From Octopus sinensis (Eukaryota): a stretch of DNA of 64,000 nt. The notes below the pieces were generated by a model, which was not told where the DNA came from, did not search any database, and saw nothing but the letters and a program-made list of their open reading frames with translations. How positions within the stretch are numbered: the stretch's first letter is position 1; every line of letters starts with the position of its first letter. Positions 39,901-52,899 of this stretch are shown piece after piece. The position numbers and the translations under genes are program-made. The stretch is from assembly GCF_006345805.1 (NCBI RefSeq), contig NC_043000.1:49972001-50036000 (forward strand), in the 5' to 3' direction.

Positions 39901-40313
39901 TTTTACAATTGCCCATTTCCAATTTCAATCCCACTGCACAGTATCTAAGGACAATGTCTTCAACCATAGCCTCAAAATTGATCCAAGCCCTATAAGTCAT
40001 TAATTGACGAAAATTGTGTGGGTGGCCATTGGATGGAATGTCTCCTGTTTTTAGATAGTATGTTTAATCTATTACAAGGTTAAGTGCAAAACTCTTGCAC
40101 ATTAGTTGACTTTAGTAGAGTTCATTCTGTTGGAAGTATTCAGACTAAGTCTCAGATCTGAGAATAACTTAATATCTTGAGTTACTCATTTTCCTAATAC
40201 AACAACCCATAAGTTTCTGTGATTCTTTGCCTCCTAATTACCCACTAGCCTTGAATACCATGCAATAAACTCATGGCCACTGTCCTTTCTCCTCAAACTT
40301 AATCAAAAATTTT

Positions 40314-40569
40314 TTAAACCCTATTGCTTTTAACTTTTCTCTCACCACATTTTTATTAAAATATAACCACTTAATTTTGATTAATTTTTTTAAATAACAA
40401 AAGATGTGGTTAAATAACTTAGTTGTTATTAAGCTGATGATCAGAACATCAATTAACATGAAATTTTGGTGGGGTGGGGCGGATTTTAATTTAGATCTCT
40501 TTAAAAGAGAAACATTTCAATAACAGAACAAAAAATGGCTTCAGGTGGGTTGGTATCAATGAGGGTTAA
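40314..40569 (-). mobile_element. piggyBac-type MITE, same family as 30171
   Basis: Ends CAGGTGGGTTGGTATCAATGAGGG|TTAA, the reverse complement of the 30171 start; the left end is degenerate. Confidence 0.5.
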
Positions 40570-41094
40570 GAAAGAAAAGCAATTCTCAGAATTATACTTT
40601 TAGATCAAATAAATTTATTGATGTCTACAAGAACGGAATTCAGATCAGTGAGACGCTGACCTAGAAATCATACAGTAGTGTAACCTGATAATCAATTCTC
40701 ACAGTAAAATTCCCCACTGTCGTATCTTTAATTAACAGTGATTTCTATCTCCTATGGGACAACCAAAGGCCAATATTTGACAGAACAGAGAAAGCGCTGA
40801 TAAAATCATAAGTACTACTAGTATTTATCTTATTAATGCTAGAAAGATAAAAGTTTAAACTCTTATTAAATTGGTGCTTGGAATGTAACTGAGGTGACAT
40901 TTTGATGGAAAGTTATAATTTAGTTCACTTTAAAAGAGGAAGATGGTAACATACAACCGGAACTGTCTCAGGTGGTTCGGTATTAAAAGAGTCAAGTCAA
41001 TCCTGGTGGGATTTGAACTTGAAGAACTACTGCAGTAAGTCTGAATAATGTAAGACAGTTTCTGTTAGGTAGCATTTCATTTTAATTGAGTTAC

Positions 41095-41133
<39 letters not shown>

Positions 41134-41595
41134 TAGAAAGACAGCAACAGGAAGATAAGAATATGTGTAAATCTTACAGAAACTTGTGAGTTATGAGAGA
41201 GAAACTATGAATTGTTACAGATGAAAACAGAAAGTAAGAATGTTCTCACTGTAGACATATAATTTTTCTCTTCAGTAGAACACAGAGGAATTAAATTCCG
41301 TTGTAAGCGACAAACAAAAGTAAATAATATTTATTCCAATTTGCTGTCAGAAAGAAAACACACACATACTCACATACACACATGCACACGCACAAACATG
41401 CTGAAATGTTGATTTGTTTATTTATCTATTATGCAACTTGAGATAACAAAAAGAAAAAAAAAAAAAGATAGAAAATATAGTGCAAACAGAATCTCTCTTG
41501 GTCACCACATCCGATAGTTTAATAGAGGTTACCTGTTAACCAGCAATTTCATCTGATAGAAAATAGTGCACATATCTGAATTTTAAAGGTCTATA

Positions 41596-41626
<31 letters not shown>

Positions 41627-42430
41627 TGAATCTGTTATTAGTTTTCCATTGTTATGTAGCCAACAACAGCAATGGATTGCAGCCAATTCTCTTGGCACAA
41701 CTTTCCACTACATACAAGGTTACAAATTGCCATCATCACGCTGACCAATATTTCATACTTTGCTCCAAACAGCTCCGGTATTATCTAATCCCCTCCTTAG
41801 ATTCTGTCCGAGCACTCAAACTCTGATAGCATTTTGATTATTTTTACCTTAGGTAACAATAAATTGCTTCTGAATGGTATTTTTCGCAATCTTGGTGCTT
41901 ACATTTTATGCAAATTGTCCAAGATTTAGTATTATCTGAGAATACAGAATGGTTTAAATTTCTGCTCTTTTACTTATTTCTCTTTTTGCCTTCCAGAAAT
42001 GATCTCTAGCCACCACCAGCACTACCATAAACCACTAGTATAATCACCATCATCTTTATTGTCTTCATCATCATAAAATCATCACCACAAACACCGCTGC
42101 CATTCACCATCTTTATCATTATCCTCATCCTCATCATCATCACTGCCACCATAACCACAGCCATGATCACCACCACCACCACCATCACCATAACCTCCAT
42201 TGACATATAATATTCATAGGTTTGGAAAGTAGATAAAATATGCCTTCAAGAAATTTCTTTCAATATTCTCAGCATCTCAAGCAATAAGAGCACATATCAA
42301 TTCTTATTCTGTTTGCACTCCAGTGCTAAGAACTGCACTGGTTTTGTATTTTATCAGTATCACCTTAACAATCTAACGACAGAAGTCTGGTGAGATTTTT
42401 AGCATTTTGATTTTGTTTCTAACAAATACA

Positions 42431-43160
<730 letters not shown>

Positions 43161-43161
43161 T

Positions 43162-43549
43162 GGAGGCGCAATGGCCCAGTGGTTAGGGCAGCGGACTCGC
43201 GGTCATAGGATCGTGGTTTCGATTCCCAGGCCGGGCGTTGTGAGTGTTTATTGAGCAAAAACACCTAAAGCTCCACGAGGCTCCGGCAGGGGATGGTGGT
43301 GATCCCTGCTGTACTCTTTCACCACAACTTTCTCTCACTCTTACTTCCTGTTTCTGTTGTACCTGTATTTCAAAGGGCCGGCCTTGTCACTCTCTGTGTC
43401 ATGCTGAATATCCCCGAGAACTACGTTAAGGGTACACGTGTTTGTGGAGTGCTCAGCCACTTACACGTTAATTTCATGAGTAGGCTGTTCCGTTGATTCG
43501 GATCAATGGGAACCCTCGTCGTCGTAACCGACGGAGTGCTTCCATCCCA
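43162..43549 (+). mobile_element. Full-length, young tRNA-derived SINE family F inserted in (TA)n
   Basis: A-box TGGCCCAGTGGTTAGG, B-box GGTTTCGATTCCC, CpG-rich, (TA)n on both sides. Confidence 0.9.
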
Positions 43550-43786
43550 TATATATATATATGTATGTATATATATGTATATATGTATATATATATATAT
43601 GTATGTATGTATATATATATGTATATATATATATATGTATATATATATATGTATGTATATATATATGTATGTATATATATATATGTATATATATTTGTAT
43701 GTATGTATATGTATATATGTATATATATATGTGTATATATATATATATGTATATATATGTATATTTATATATATATATATATATAC

Positions 43787-44262
43787 GTAGACTTGGATCA
43801 AGCTGGATGTTGAACAAAAGTGTGAAGTGGAGTGAAAGCATCTGAAGAGGCCAAGATAATGCATGCAAGACTCAAAGGAGATCTAAGGAAGAATGTTATG
43901 ACCTTTTTGTGTGCACAGTCTGTGACAGCATGCCTTTCTTTTGCTGGACTCAAATCTCATTTGCTAACCCAAAGAAAACGAACCTCCACCAACTATTCTG
44001 CCTATATGTCTGTGCACACCTTTGAATGCAGTGTATGCCAGAAGGTTTGCAAATCTAATGAAGGCCTCAAAAGACATTTAAAGATCCACAAAGATCAGAA
44101 CTTGTCTGCAGCCCTTGGTGATCCAAATCGGATGTGCAATCTATGTGGGTCTCTTTTCAGAACATTGTCTGGTTTGAAAAGCCACATCAGATGCAATGAT
44201 AGGTCTAAGATGTAGGTACAGGAGGTGGTCAAACTCTGCATAAGGAGTAGACAACCACCATA
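43787..44262 (+). mobile_element. 3' end of an RTE (BovB-like) LINE carrying three C2H2-type zinc fingers
   Basis: ORF 43832..44215: [19 protein letters not shown] (RTE C-terminal helix), then CSVCQKVCKSNEGLKRHLKIH, CNLCGSLFRTLSGLKSHIR and one degraded finger; short 3' end GGTGGTCAAACTCTGCATAAGGAGTAGACAACCACCAT. Confidence 0.7.
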
Positions 44263-44889
44263 TAGACACAGATATGGCTGTGTGGCCAGAAGTTTACTTT
44301 CAAACCATATGATCTTGGGTTCTGTAACATAGTGTGTCATCTTGGGTAAATGCGGTTGAGAAGCAAACCTCTTACCACACAGCTACACCTTGCCATTCCT
44401 AGGCTTTTTTCAATTTGCAATTTCTTTGGCAACCTGTCTTGTACTGGTACTGTAACAAATACCCAGTACATTTTATAAAGTAGTTGTTGTTAGGAAAGGT
44501 GTTCAACCATAGGATTTATGCCAAAGCAGATTCTATTGAAGCTTCACAAAGTCCTCAGACTAGTTGGATTCTGTCAAGTTTTTCAACCCATGCCACCATT
44601 GAAGACAGACTCATGCCGGCACCAGATAAAAGTGCTCATGTCACTGCCACAATAAAAGTATCTTCTACACGCTTTAAAGTGGTTACTGTTAGGAATGGCA
44701 TGTAGCCACAGAAACCAAGCCAAATCAAGCTGGAACCTGGTGCAGCCCTCTTGCGCTTGTGTGTCTGTGTGTGTGATGGGCTTTTTGCAATTCCTTTCTA
44801 TCAAATCCATTCACAAGGTACTTTGGTTAGCTTGGGGGTTGTACAATAGGAGTGAACCCAGAACCTTGTGGCTATGAAGCAAACTTCTT

Positions 44890-45545
44890 AGCTATGTGGC
44901 AATACCTCATCATCAGCAGCATCATCATCGTTTAACGTCCACTTTCCATACTGTCATGGATTGGACGGTTTGACTGAGAACTGGCAAGCCAGATGGCTGC
45001 ACCAGGCTCCAATCTGATCTGGCAGATTTTCTACAACTGGATGTCCTTGCCAACGCCAACCACTCCGAGAGTGTAGTGAGTGCTTTTACATGCCACTGGC
45101 ACAAGGGTCAGTCCGGCTGTAATGGTGACAGCCCCACTCAAATGTTGCTTTTACATGCCACCTGCACAAGAGCCAGCCCACCAGCATTGGCAACACCCTT
45201 GCTCGAATGTTGTTTTTCACGTGCTGCCAGTGCAAGTGCTAGTAAGGCGATGCTGGTAAGATTCACGCTCGAATGGTGCTTTTTACATGCTACCAGCATG
45301 GAAGCCAGTCAGCGGCCTTGGCAACAATCACGCTCGGATGGTGCTCTTAGCGTTCCACTAGCTCTGATGCCAGTCATGCAGTGTTGTCATCGTCCACATC
45401 AGTGAATTTTATTTCAATTTCTCTTGCCTCAACAGGTCTTCACAAGCAGAGTTTAGTGTCCAATGAAAGAAAGGTACTCATAAGTGGGCTGGTTACAGCA
45501 CTGGCATAGGCCATGGATTATGGTCTCACTTGGCTTGCCAGGTCA
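44890..45545 (-). mobile_element. Older copy of the RTE 3' UTR
   Basis: Reverse complement aligns along 28860-29482, including TTGAGGCAAG, the GTGCC/GGCAC modules and the (GAT)n tail. Confidence 0.85.
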
Positions 45546-45863
45546 ACTCCATAAAACATAGATAAAATATATTGGATCTAGAAGCACACATAAAGCTATA
45601 AAATAATTGCATGTAAATACTGGGTTGTAAAACTATTTAGGATAGCATAATTCGAAGACTGCCTGTGGGACACAAATTTACATCTGCAGACATGTCAGAG
45701 CAGCCTTCCACTTTTTCTATTCAAAACATTTCTTTAACTTAATATATACATGCTAATATTTATAGGTTTATTTTTGCTTCAAGATCCACTATTCCAAAGA
45801 AGACTTATTTCATGTTCTCTTGAAAATTAAAAAAAAAAATTCTTTCAAACAAATATATTTAAT

Positions 45864-46071
45864 ACAGTTCTATATTCAAGAGATGAGGAATTATGTACAT
45901 TATTTACATTTGACGGATATTTGTCCTCATCTTGTTTGTTGTTAACACAATGTTTTGGCTGATATACTCTCCAGCCTTCTTCAGGTGTCTTGGGGAAATT
46001 TCGAACCTGGGTTCTCATTCCTAGGGTATTTTTCTATGTTGTTGTTGTTGTTATTATTGTTATTATTATTA

Positions 46072-46105
<34 letters not shown>

Positions 46106-46115
46106 GTTGTTGTTA
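45864..46115 (-). mobile_element. Hammerhead-bearing short element (family H), tRNA head absent, expanded (AAT)n linker
   Basis: Homologous to both arms of 56856-57283. Confidence 0.8.
45944..45989 (-). ncRNA. Minimal type-I hammerhead ribozyme, CpG-decayed
   Basis: GACAC-CUGAAGA-A-GGCUG-gagaguauau-CAGCC-aAAAC-aUU-GUGUU; G12 and G16.2 mutated. Confidence 0.65.
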
Positions 46116-46706
46116 GGGTTAGTCTATTATCTGATACACCATAGGTAAATTTTTACACACTGTACAGGAATATCAACAGGATATCAACAATCACCATAAC
46201 TACCCATTACTAGTTCAAAATTCTTGATGCAAAGACATGTAGTTTGCTTGGTAGCAGCAATTTGTACACTAGAGACATTGATTGATAAACCGCTTTGTCA
46301 CTGCTGCAAAATTGTTAATGGATAAACCACTTTATCACTGCCTCTCTTCAAGATTTGTATCTCTTGCAATTTTCATACACTTCCTTGCATTAACAGATGA
46401 TCATTTACAATGTATAGGAGTGGTTAAGTGGTTAAGAAGCTTGCTTCCCAGCCATGTGGTCTCAGGTTCAATCCCATTGCATAGCATGTTGGGCAATTAA
46501 CTGCCGGCAGACCAATTGTCAATGTATTTAGTAGACAGAAAATGAAAGCAAAGTATGTGTGTGTGTGCGTGTGCAATTTTGCTGCAACTCTTATAGTTTG
46601 GCAAATTCTCAGACTTTGAGTCACTCTGTTGCTTCTGCTAAATATTAATAAAAATATACATATACTCATATTTTGAGTTCTACTTTTACCTGTTTGCACC
46701 ACCATA

Positions 46707-46817
<111 letters not shown>

Positions 46818-47103
46818 TATATATATAAAATATTTTCTATATTTTCAGTGGATCAATTAATAAAATTGAACCATGAGCACACCAAAATATAAATCCAATG
46901 ATAAATAGAGGTGATTATCTCCCCCTTTGAAAACATAAGGACACAAAAAATGTGTTATAGCCAATTGGAAACGGTGTTTACTAGGGTTAAATAGCAGTAG
47001 CATTCTTCCCTTTCATGGGACTTCTACATTAAGTTAGCAACATAATATCACCTTATCATGCTGCTCCTGTATAAATCTCTCTGAGAGATTTAGAAATGCA
47101 ATA

Positions 47104-47135
<32 letters not shown>

Positions 47136-47149
47136 ACCATCCTTAACAA

Positions 47150-47430
47150 CAGAAGTGTTAAGGCTGCATCCCCTGGTGGAGGCGACTAGCCTGCAAGAGT
47201 TCTGTGCCGGTGCCACACAAAAAGCATTCCTTCTAGTGCCACATAAAAAGCACTCATGCTGGTGCCATGTAGACAGCATCAGTGAAAGTGGTTGGCATTA
47301 GGAAGGACATCCACTCTTAGAAACCAAGTCAAATCAAATTGGAACTTGGTTCAACTTTCCAGCTTGCTAACTCTGGTCAAACCATCTAACTCATGCCAGC
47401 ATGGAAAACAAGTGCTAAAGCACGATGATG
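47150..47430 (+). mobile_element. Old RTE 3' UTR/tail fragment
   Basis: GTGCCGGTGCCACACAAAAAGC modules, GTGGTTGGCATTAGGAAGG, GCATGGAAAAC...GATGATG. Confidence 0.7.
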
Positions 47431-47702
47431 CTCATGCATGTATACATATACTTAGATACATGTAAAGACAGCAGGATGAAGGACAAAGCCAAAACTCAGA
47501 AATATATGGAGAAGATATGTTGCAATAAAACATTAATTAAATGAGGCAAGGCAGTTTGTCGCACATTTTTGCTTTGCATCAGTCCACCACCATTATCCAA
47601 GTAAATAAACCAAATTTCTTTAAAACAAAATGTTAAATTTGTAGGGAAAATAATGCATATATGTTTTGTTTTATACACACGTACACATACATATATACAT
47701 AC

Positions 47703-47744
<42 letters not shown>

Positions 47745-47746
<2 letters not shown>

Positions 47747-48028
47747 TATATAAAAGGGCTTAGTAAAATAAATTACTTTGCCGCATACTGAACTCATTAG
47801 AAATAGCAGCTAAAAAAACTTTTTTAAAACTATTTCTAATACTTAAAGAAAACCTCTCTCATATAGTGTTTGCTCAATTCAACTCGCGAGTTGAATTGAG
47901 CAAACACTATATGAGAGAGGTTTTCTTTAAGTATTAGAAATAGTTTTAAAAAAGTTTTTTTAGCTGCTATTTCTAATGAGTTCAGTATGCGGCAAAGTAA
48001 TTTATTTTACTAAGCCCTTTTATATAAT
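47745..48028. repeat. Perfect 284-bp palindrome with no spacer
   Basis: Centre AACTCG|CGAGTT at 47886/47887; the arms match to 47745/48028, including homopolymer lengths. Confidence 0.97.
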
Positions 48029-49147
48029 GTAATAATTTGAATTCGCCTTAAATGGTCCCTTTGCATACTGAATACTTGGTGAAATTGATTAATTAATCAA
48101 TTTTACCCTCATTGTTGAAATTATATATATATATATATATATATCTGTATGTATTTATTCACACACATGCCCATATGTATATATATATGTATGTATATAT
48201 ATATATGTATATACATACACACATACTATATTATTAGTCGATGCAGTTTTGGAGTATTTATTTACTTTTTTTGCTTCATTTACAAAATATTAATTCCACT
48301 GGAATAAATCAAGCCATAATTAGATTGTGCTTCAGGTTTTGATTTCATTTAATCTTGTCTCATACTTTTTTTTAATACATATAATGACAATAAATATAAT
48401 TGAATTTAATATATATATGCCTTCCCATATAGACGTAATAAACACATGTATCCCATACACACATACTCACACAAGCATAAATGCATATACACAAATATTC
48501 ATATACATGCATGAATATGCAAAACTGACACTTTCATACTACACCATATCATACTCATCATCGTCTTAGTATGAATGCTTGTTTTCCCAAGCTCTTAGGT
48601 TGGATGGTGATTATTAACCCTCTAAGCATGAAATGATGACCAATAAGAGAGTGTGTATATTGCTAAATAATCTACTAGGAGTCATAATCAGCAGCAGCAG
48701 CAGCATTTACCATCCACACTCTTATGCTTGCATGAGTTAGATGTAGGATATCTGAGGCAGATTTTCTACAGCCAAATGCCTTTCTTGTCACCATTCACAA
48801 CTGTTTCCAGGCAAGGTAATTATTGCCCTAAGAATATTGGAAATGAATGATGATGCTTGCATGACAGTGTCAATCATTGACCATTACCACATGATTTTAA
48901 GGTCAAGGAGACAGCAATACATACACATGCACATATAAATTAGTATAGATGCATACATACATATTTATATAGTTTAGAGATGAGAGACTGATAGTCTCCG
49001 TATAGAATACACATCATAATACTCAAGTGATTTAAACTTGAGTAGAAATGATATCAAGAATTACAGAGATTGAATAAGTATTTTATAAGTATCTCATATT
49101 ATTTGCATACCGATTTGCCTAACTTGCTCATCCTTACATTTACTCCT

Positions 49148-49189
<42 letters not shown>

Positions 49190-49394
49190 CAATATATATA
49201 CATATACATATACAATATATATATATACATATATATCCACACATCCATCCTAACATCTTTACACCTATACATACATACACATATCACATCACAACACACC
49301 ACCCACACACCCATCCCCACATCTCCACACCCACACATACATACACACACACATCCAGACCACCAGCTCTCTTTCACACGCACATACATACTCT

Positions 49395-49705
49395 CTTATA
49401 CACACACGCGCCTTTGTGTTGGGAGCACCTTCGTATTGGAAGTCACTTGACCCTGTTATCTCCCCTACTGTCCTTCTCACATCTGACCACTGCCCAAAGT
49501 CAGGTGCCATGATAGATCGTTAGCTCCTACACGCATTTTTCTTCTCTCCTTGTTTTTTTCTGTGTATTTTTCTGTCGAAGAGCGTAGGTTCGAAACGTAA
49601 AAGACTTTTTCTATTTCTATTCCTGAGCGCTATACTAATACATTTGTTTGTTTGTACTACACCTGCCTTTGTCTTTTGTTTATTTTCGTAAACTTTCCCG
49701 TTATC
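49395..49705 (+). mobile_element. Solo PLE pseudo-LTR-like element with hammerhead
   Basis: HHR motif followed by a T-rich tail, embedded next to (CA)n; the PLE assignment is inferred from the HHR type. Confidence 0.6.
49567..49604 (+). ncRNA. Minimal type-I hammerhead ribozyme (variant core)
   Basis: UUUUU-CUGUCGA-A-GAGC-guag-GUUC-GAAAC-GUA-AAAGA: stem I, stem II, palindromic AC/GU stem III, GUA cleavage triplet; A6 is U. Confidence 0.7.
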
Positions 49706-49714
49706 TATCTCAGC

Positions 49715-49987
49715 CAGGATCCCTGGTCTGGTGGTACGTAAAAAGCACTATCCGACTCGTGGCTGATGCCAGCGCCGCCTTGACTGGCTTCCGTGCCGGT
49801 GGCACATAAAATACACCAATCCGACCGTGGTTGGCGTTAGGAAGGGCATCCAGCTGTAGAAACATTGCCAGATAAGACTGGAGCCTGGTGCAGCCTTCTG
49901 GCTTCCCAGATCCCCAGTCGAACCGTCCAACCCATGCTAGCATGGAGAACGGACGTTAAACGATGATGATGATGATGATGATGATGA
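49715..49987 (+). mobile_element. RTE 3' UTR/tail fragment with (GAT)n
   Basis: Close match to 29200-29482. Confidence 0.88.
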
Positions 49988-50784
49988 TAAATATATATAT
50001 ATATGATCGCCTTCTTTTGGTTTCTGTCTACCAAATCCTCCACTCACAGAGTTGTAGTAGAAGACTTTGCGTAAGGAGTCATGTTGGTTGGGAAGCAAAC
50101 TTCTTACTACACAGCCATTCCCTGCACCTTATAAATAACAGTTCAAATGTCCCGCAGAGATTAAACAACCATACAGCCAGATACATTTAGCCAACCTTAC
50201 TTTTTATATTTCTAGGGACAGCAAATTAAAGTACCAATCTCAACTGTTGGATAGGTAGAAAGTTTATTATTTTAAAGGAGATGGCTTGCAGTATTAGTTC
50301 CATCCCTTTGTATTTTGAAATCAAATCTCACCATGGTTTGCTTGGGTGATAGATTTAATCTGTCACCCAGTCTAACAAATAGCACCCATTAGTGCCATTT
50401 ACATGACTCCAGCATCTGCCATGACTTTGATTTTGCTCAGCTTGATGGGTCTTCTTCTCAAGCACGACATAATGCCAAAGGTCTTGGTCATTGCCTCTGT
50501 GAGGCTCAACACTCAAAAGGAGCTATTCGCGTGCCACCAGCATCGGCCACTTTGCCTCCATGAGGCCCAATGCTCAAAAGGCGCTTTATACATGCCACCA
50601 GCATGGCATGCCACTGAACGCCATTGTTTCAATATACACTTTTTAGACAGAGTTTACTGAGGCAGATGCTTTTTCTGTTGCCAAACCAAATCTGTTTCCA
50701 AGCAAGTTTTCACAGAATACTAAAAATGAATGATATTTACCTACAACAGTTGAGCAATATCAAGACAAAGAGACACAAACATAC

Positions 50785-50789
<5 letters not shown>

Positions 50790-50826
<37 letters not shown>

Positions 50827-50836
50827 TCTCTCTCCC

Positions 50837-50872
<36 letters not shown>

Positions 50873-50886
50873 CCTCTCTCTCTCCC

Positions 50887-50932
<46 letters not shown>
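50790..50932. repeat. (CT)n array with periodic CCCT variants
   Basis: Direct inspection; source of the LSLS/ERER ORFs. Confidence 0.97.
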
Positions 50933-50936
<4 letters not shown>

Positions 50937-50939
50937 ACA

Positions 50940-51270
50940 AAAACACACAATGGGCTTCTTTCAGTTTCCATCAACCAGATTTACTCACAAGGCTTTGGTC
51001 TGCTCAAGGCTTTAGTAGAAGACATTTCCTAAAGGTGCAACATAGTGGGACTGAACCTGGAGCCATGCTTGCATATGCATGTATTCATTATATTCATACA
51101 CACAGACATACACACAATGGGCTTCTTTCAGTTTCCATCAACCAGATCCACTCACAAGGCTTTAGTGGAACACACTTCCTAAAGATGCCACATAGTGGGA
51201 CTGAACCTGAAACCATGCAATTAGGAAGCAAATCTCTTACCACACAGCCATGCTTGCATATGATATGCAT
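50940..51270 (-). mobile_element. Two tandem SINE family A heads
   Basis: GGGCTTCTTTCAGTTTCCATCAACCAGAT...AGTGGGACTGAACC twice (~50950, ~51118). Confidence 0.75.
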
Positions 51271-51952
51271 GTATCCATTATATCTACACACACACACAGC
51301 ACCCACCCCCACACACAAACACACATGCATATTAGTTGTAATTGTTTGACAAGTGACATGATTTGAGGTCATGAGTTGAAAATGAAACTAGTATATTGTG
51401 CAAGAGTCACAATAGCCATTTACAACATCTCTCTATACTATAAAATATATAATACTGTTGTTGTGTTCACTTTCGATTAATTTTTTTGATATCATTGTAG
51501 AGACTTATATGTAAATGTGTACATATGAGCTTATAAGTATCTGCTTGTGCGTGTGGTAGCGGTGGGGGGGGGGGTAGGGGCGGCATAATCAGTAGACCAT
51601 CAGAAAAATATCTCGATGCATATGTTTTATATATTACATTTAGTTTGGCTTTCATCGTTGGTCTATGTCATCATCTACATACTCAGAAAGCAGTGCCACA
51701 GCCTGTTTACAATCCCATGACTGAAATCAGCAAAAGAATAAAAGAATATATGTGTGCGTGTGTGTGTGTGTGTGTGTTTGTGTGTGTGTACATACATGTA
51801 TACATTTTTACATACACACAGAGCAACACACATGCACATATACATATATATATATTTATATATATATATATATGTATGTATATATGATAGCTAGATAGAG
51901 AGAGAGAGAGATAGATAGGTAGATAGATAGATAGATAGAGAGATAGATAGAT

Positions 51953-51984
<32 letters not shown>

Positions 51985-52789
51985 GAAGATATATATATAT
52001 ATATATATATATATGTTCTGTTCAGTGCATTATAAACTGCAGACATATGGACCGATATCCTTGGAGCTAGATTAATAGTTAATATAAAGCGTGAAAATAT
52101 GGAATAGGAGATGAAAATCGAATGGCACAGACTATCAAACATAATATAGAACAGTCATAGAAAATAATACATGAAAGGAATTAAAGGTCAGGAATGTGGG
52201 TCTGCATGTGTGTATGTGCCAACATGCAAACGATACATCTATATATTTATTATACCAGAGATCGTATTACTGAATTAGTTAGATGAGCAGCTGGGGATTG
52301 AGGATTATTTGAGGTTATATGTGTCTATACCACATATGTTCTCATTCATATATATATATATACATATACAAACAGGCACATGTATCCATACAGGCACAAA
52401 TATGAATACATACGCCTGCAGGCATATACATATAGAAGGTTGCCAGAGTCATTAGGTTGGAAGATAGAATGTGTTACAATATCCCTTCTAGCTTACTGCA
52501 TTCTGAGTTCATATTCTACCAAAGTCAACTTTACTTTCAAAATTTGTACGTTTGTGTGCTTGAATGTGTGAGTGTGTGTATGTGTGTGTGTGTGGTGTGT
52601 GTGTGTGTGTGCATACATGTGCCTGTATGCATGTGTATAAACCACACACATATACACATACAAATATGCATACACACACACACTCACACACACATATATA
52701 TGCATACAAATATGCATATATATATATATATATATATATGCTTATTTGTATGTATATATATATATAATATATTATTTACTATTATTATC

Positions 52790-52820
<31 letters not shown>

Positions 52821-52855
52821 TACATATACACCCACGGATGGATGAATGGTAGCTG

Positions 52856-52899
<44 letters not shown>

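Noticed and set aside
43162-43235. Functional tRNA genes at SINE heads (also 12501, 20914, 57020-57090, 62909)
   Set aside because: A/B boxes are present but no complete cloverleaf, and each continues into a repeated SINE body
43832-44215. ORF as a host C2H2 zinc-finger gene
   Set aside because: It starts with an RTE C-terminal helix, has stops just upstream, begins at a (TA)n junction and has no splice signals; better explained as a LINE 3' end
47745-48120. Hammerhead within the perfect palindrome element
   Set aside because: No CUGANGA...GAAA arrangement was found on either strand
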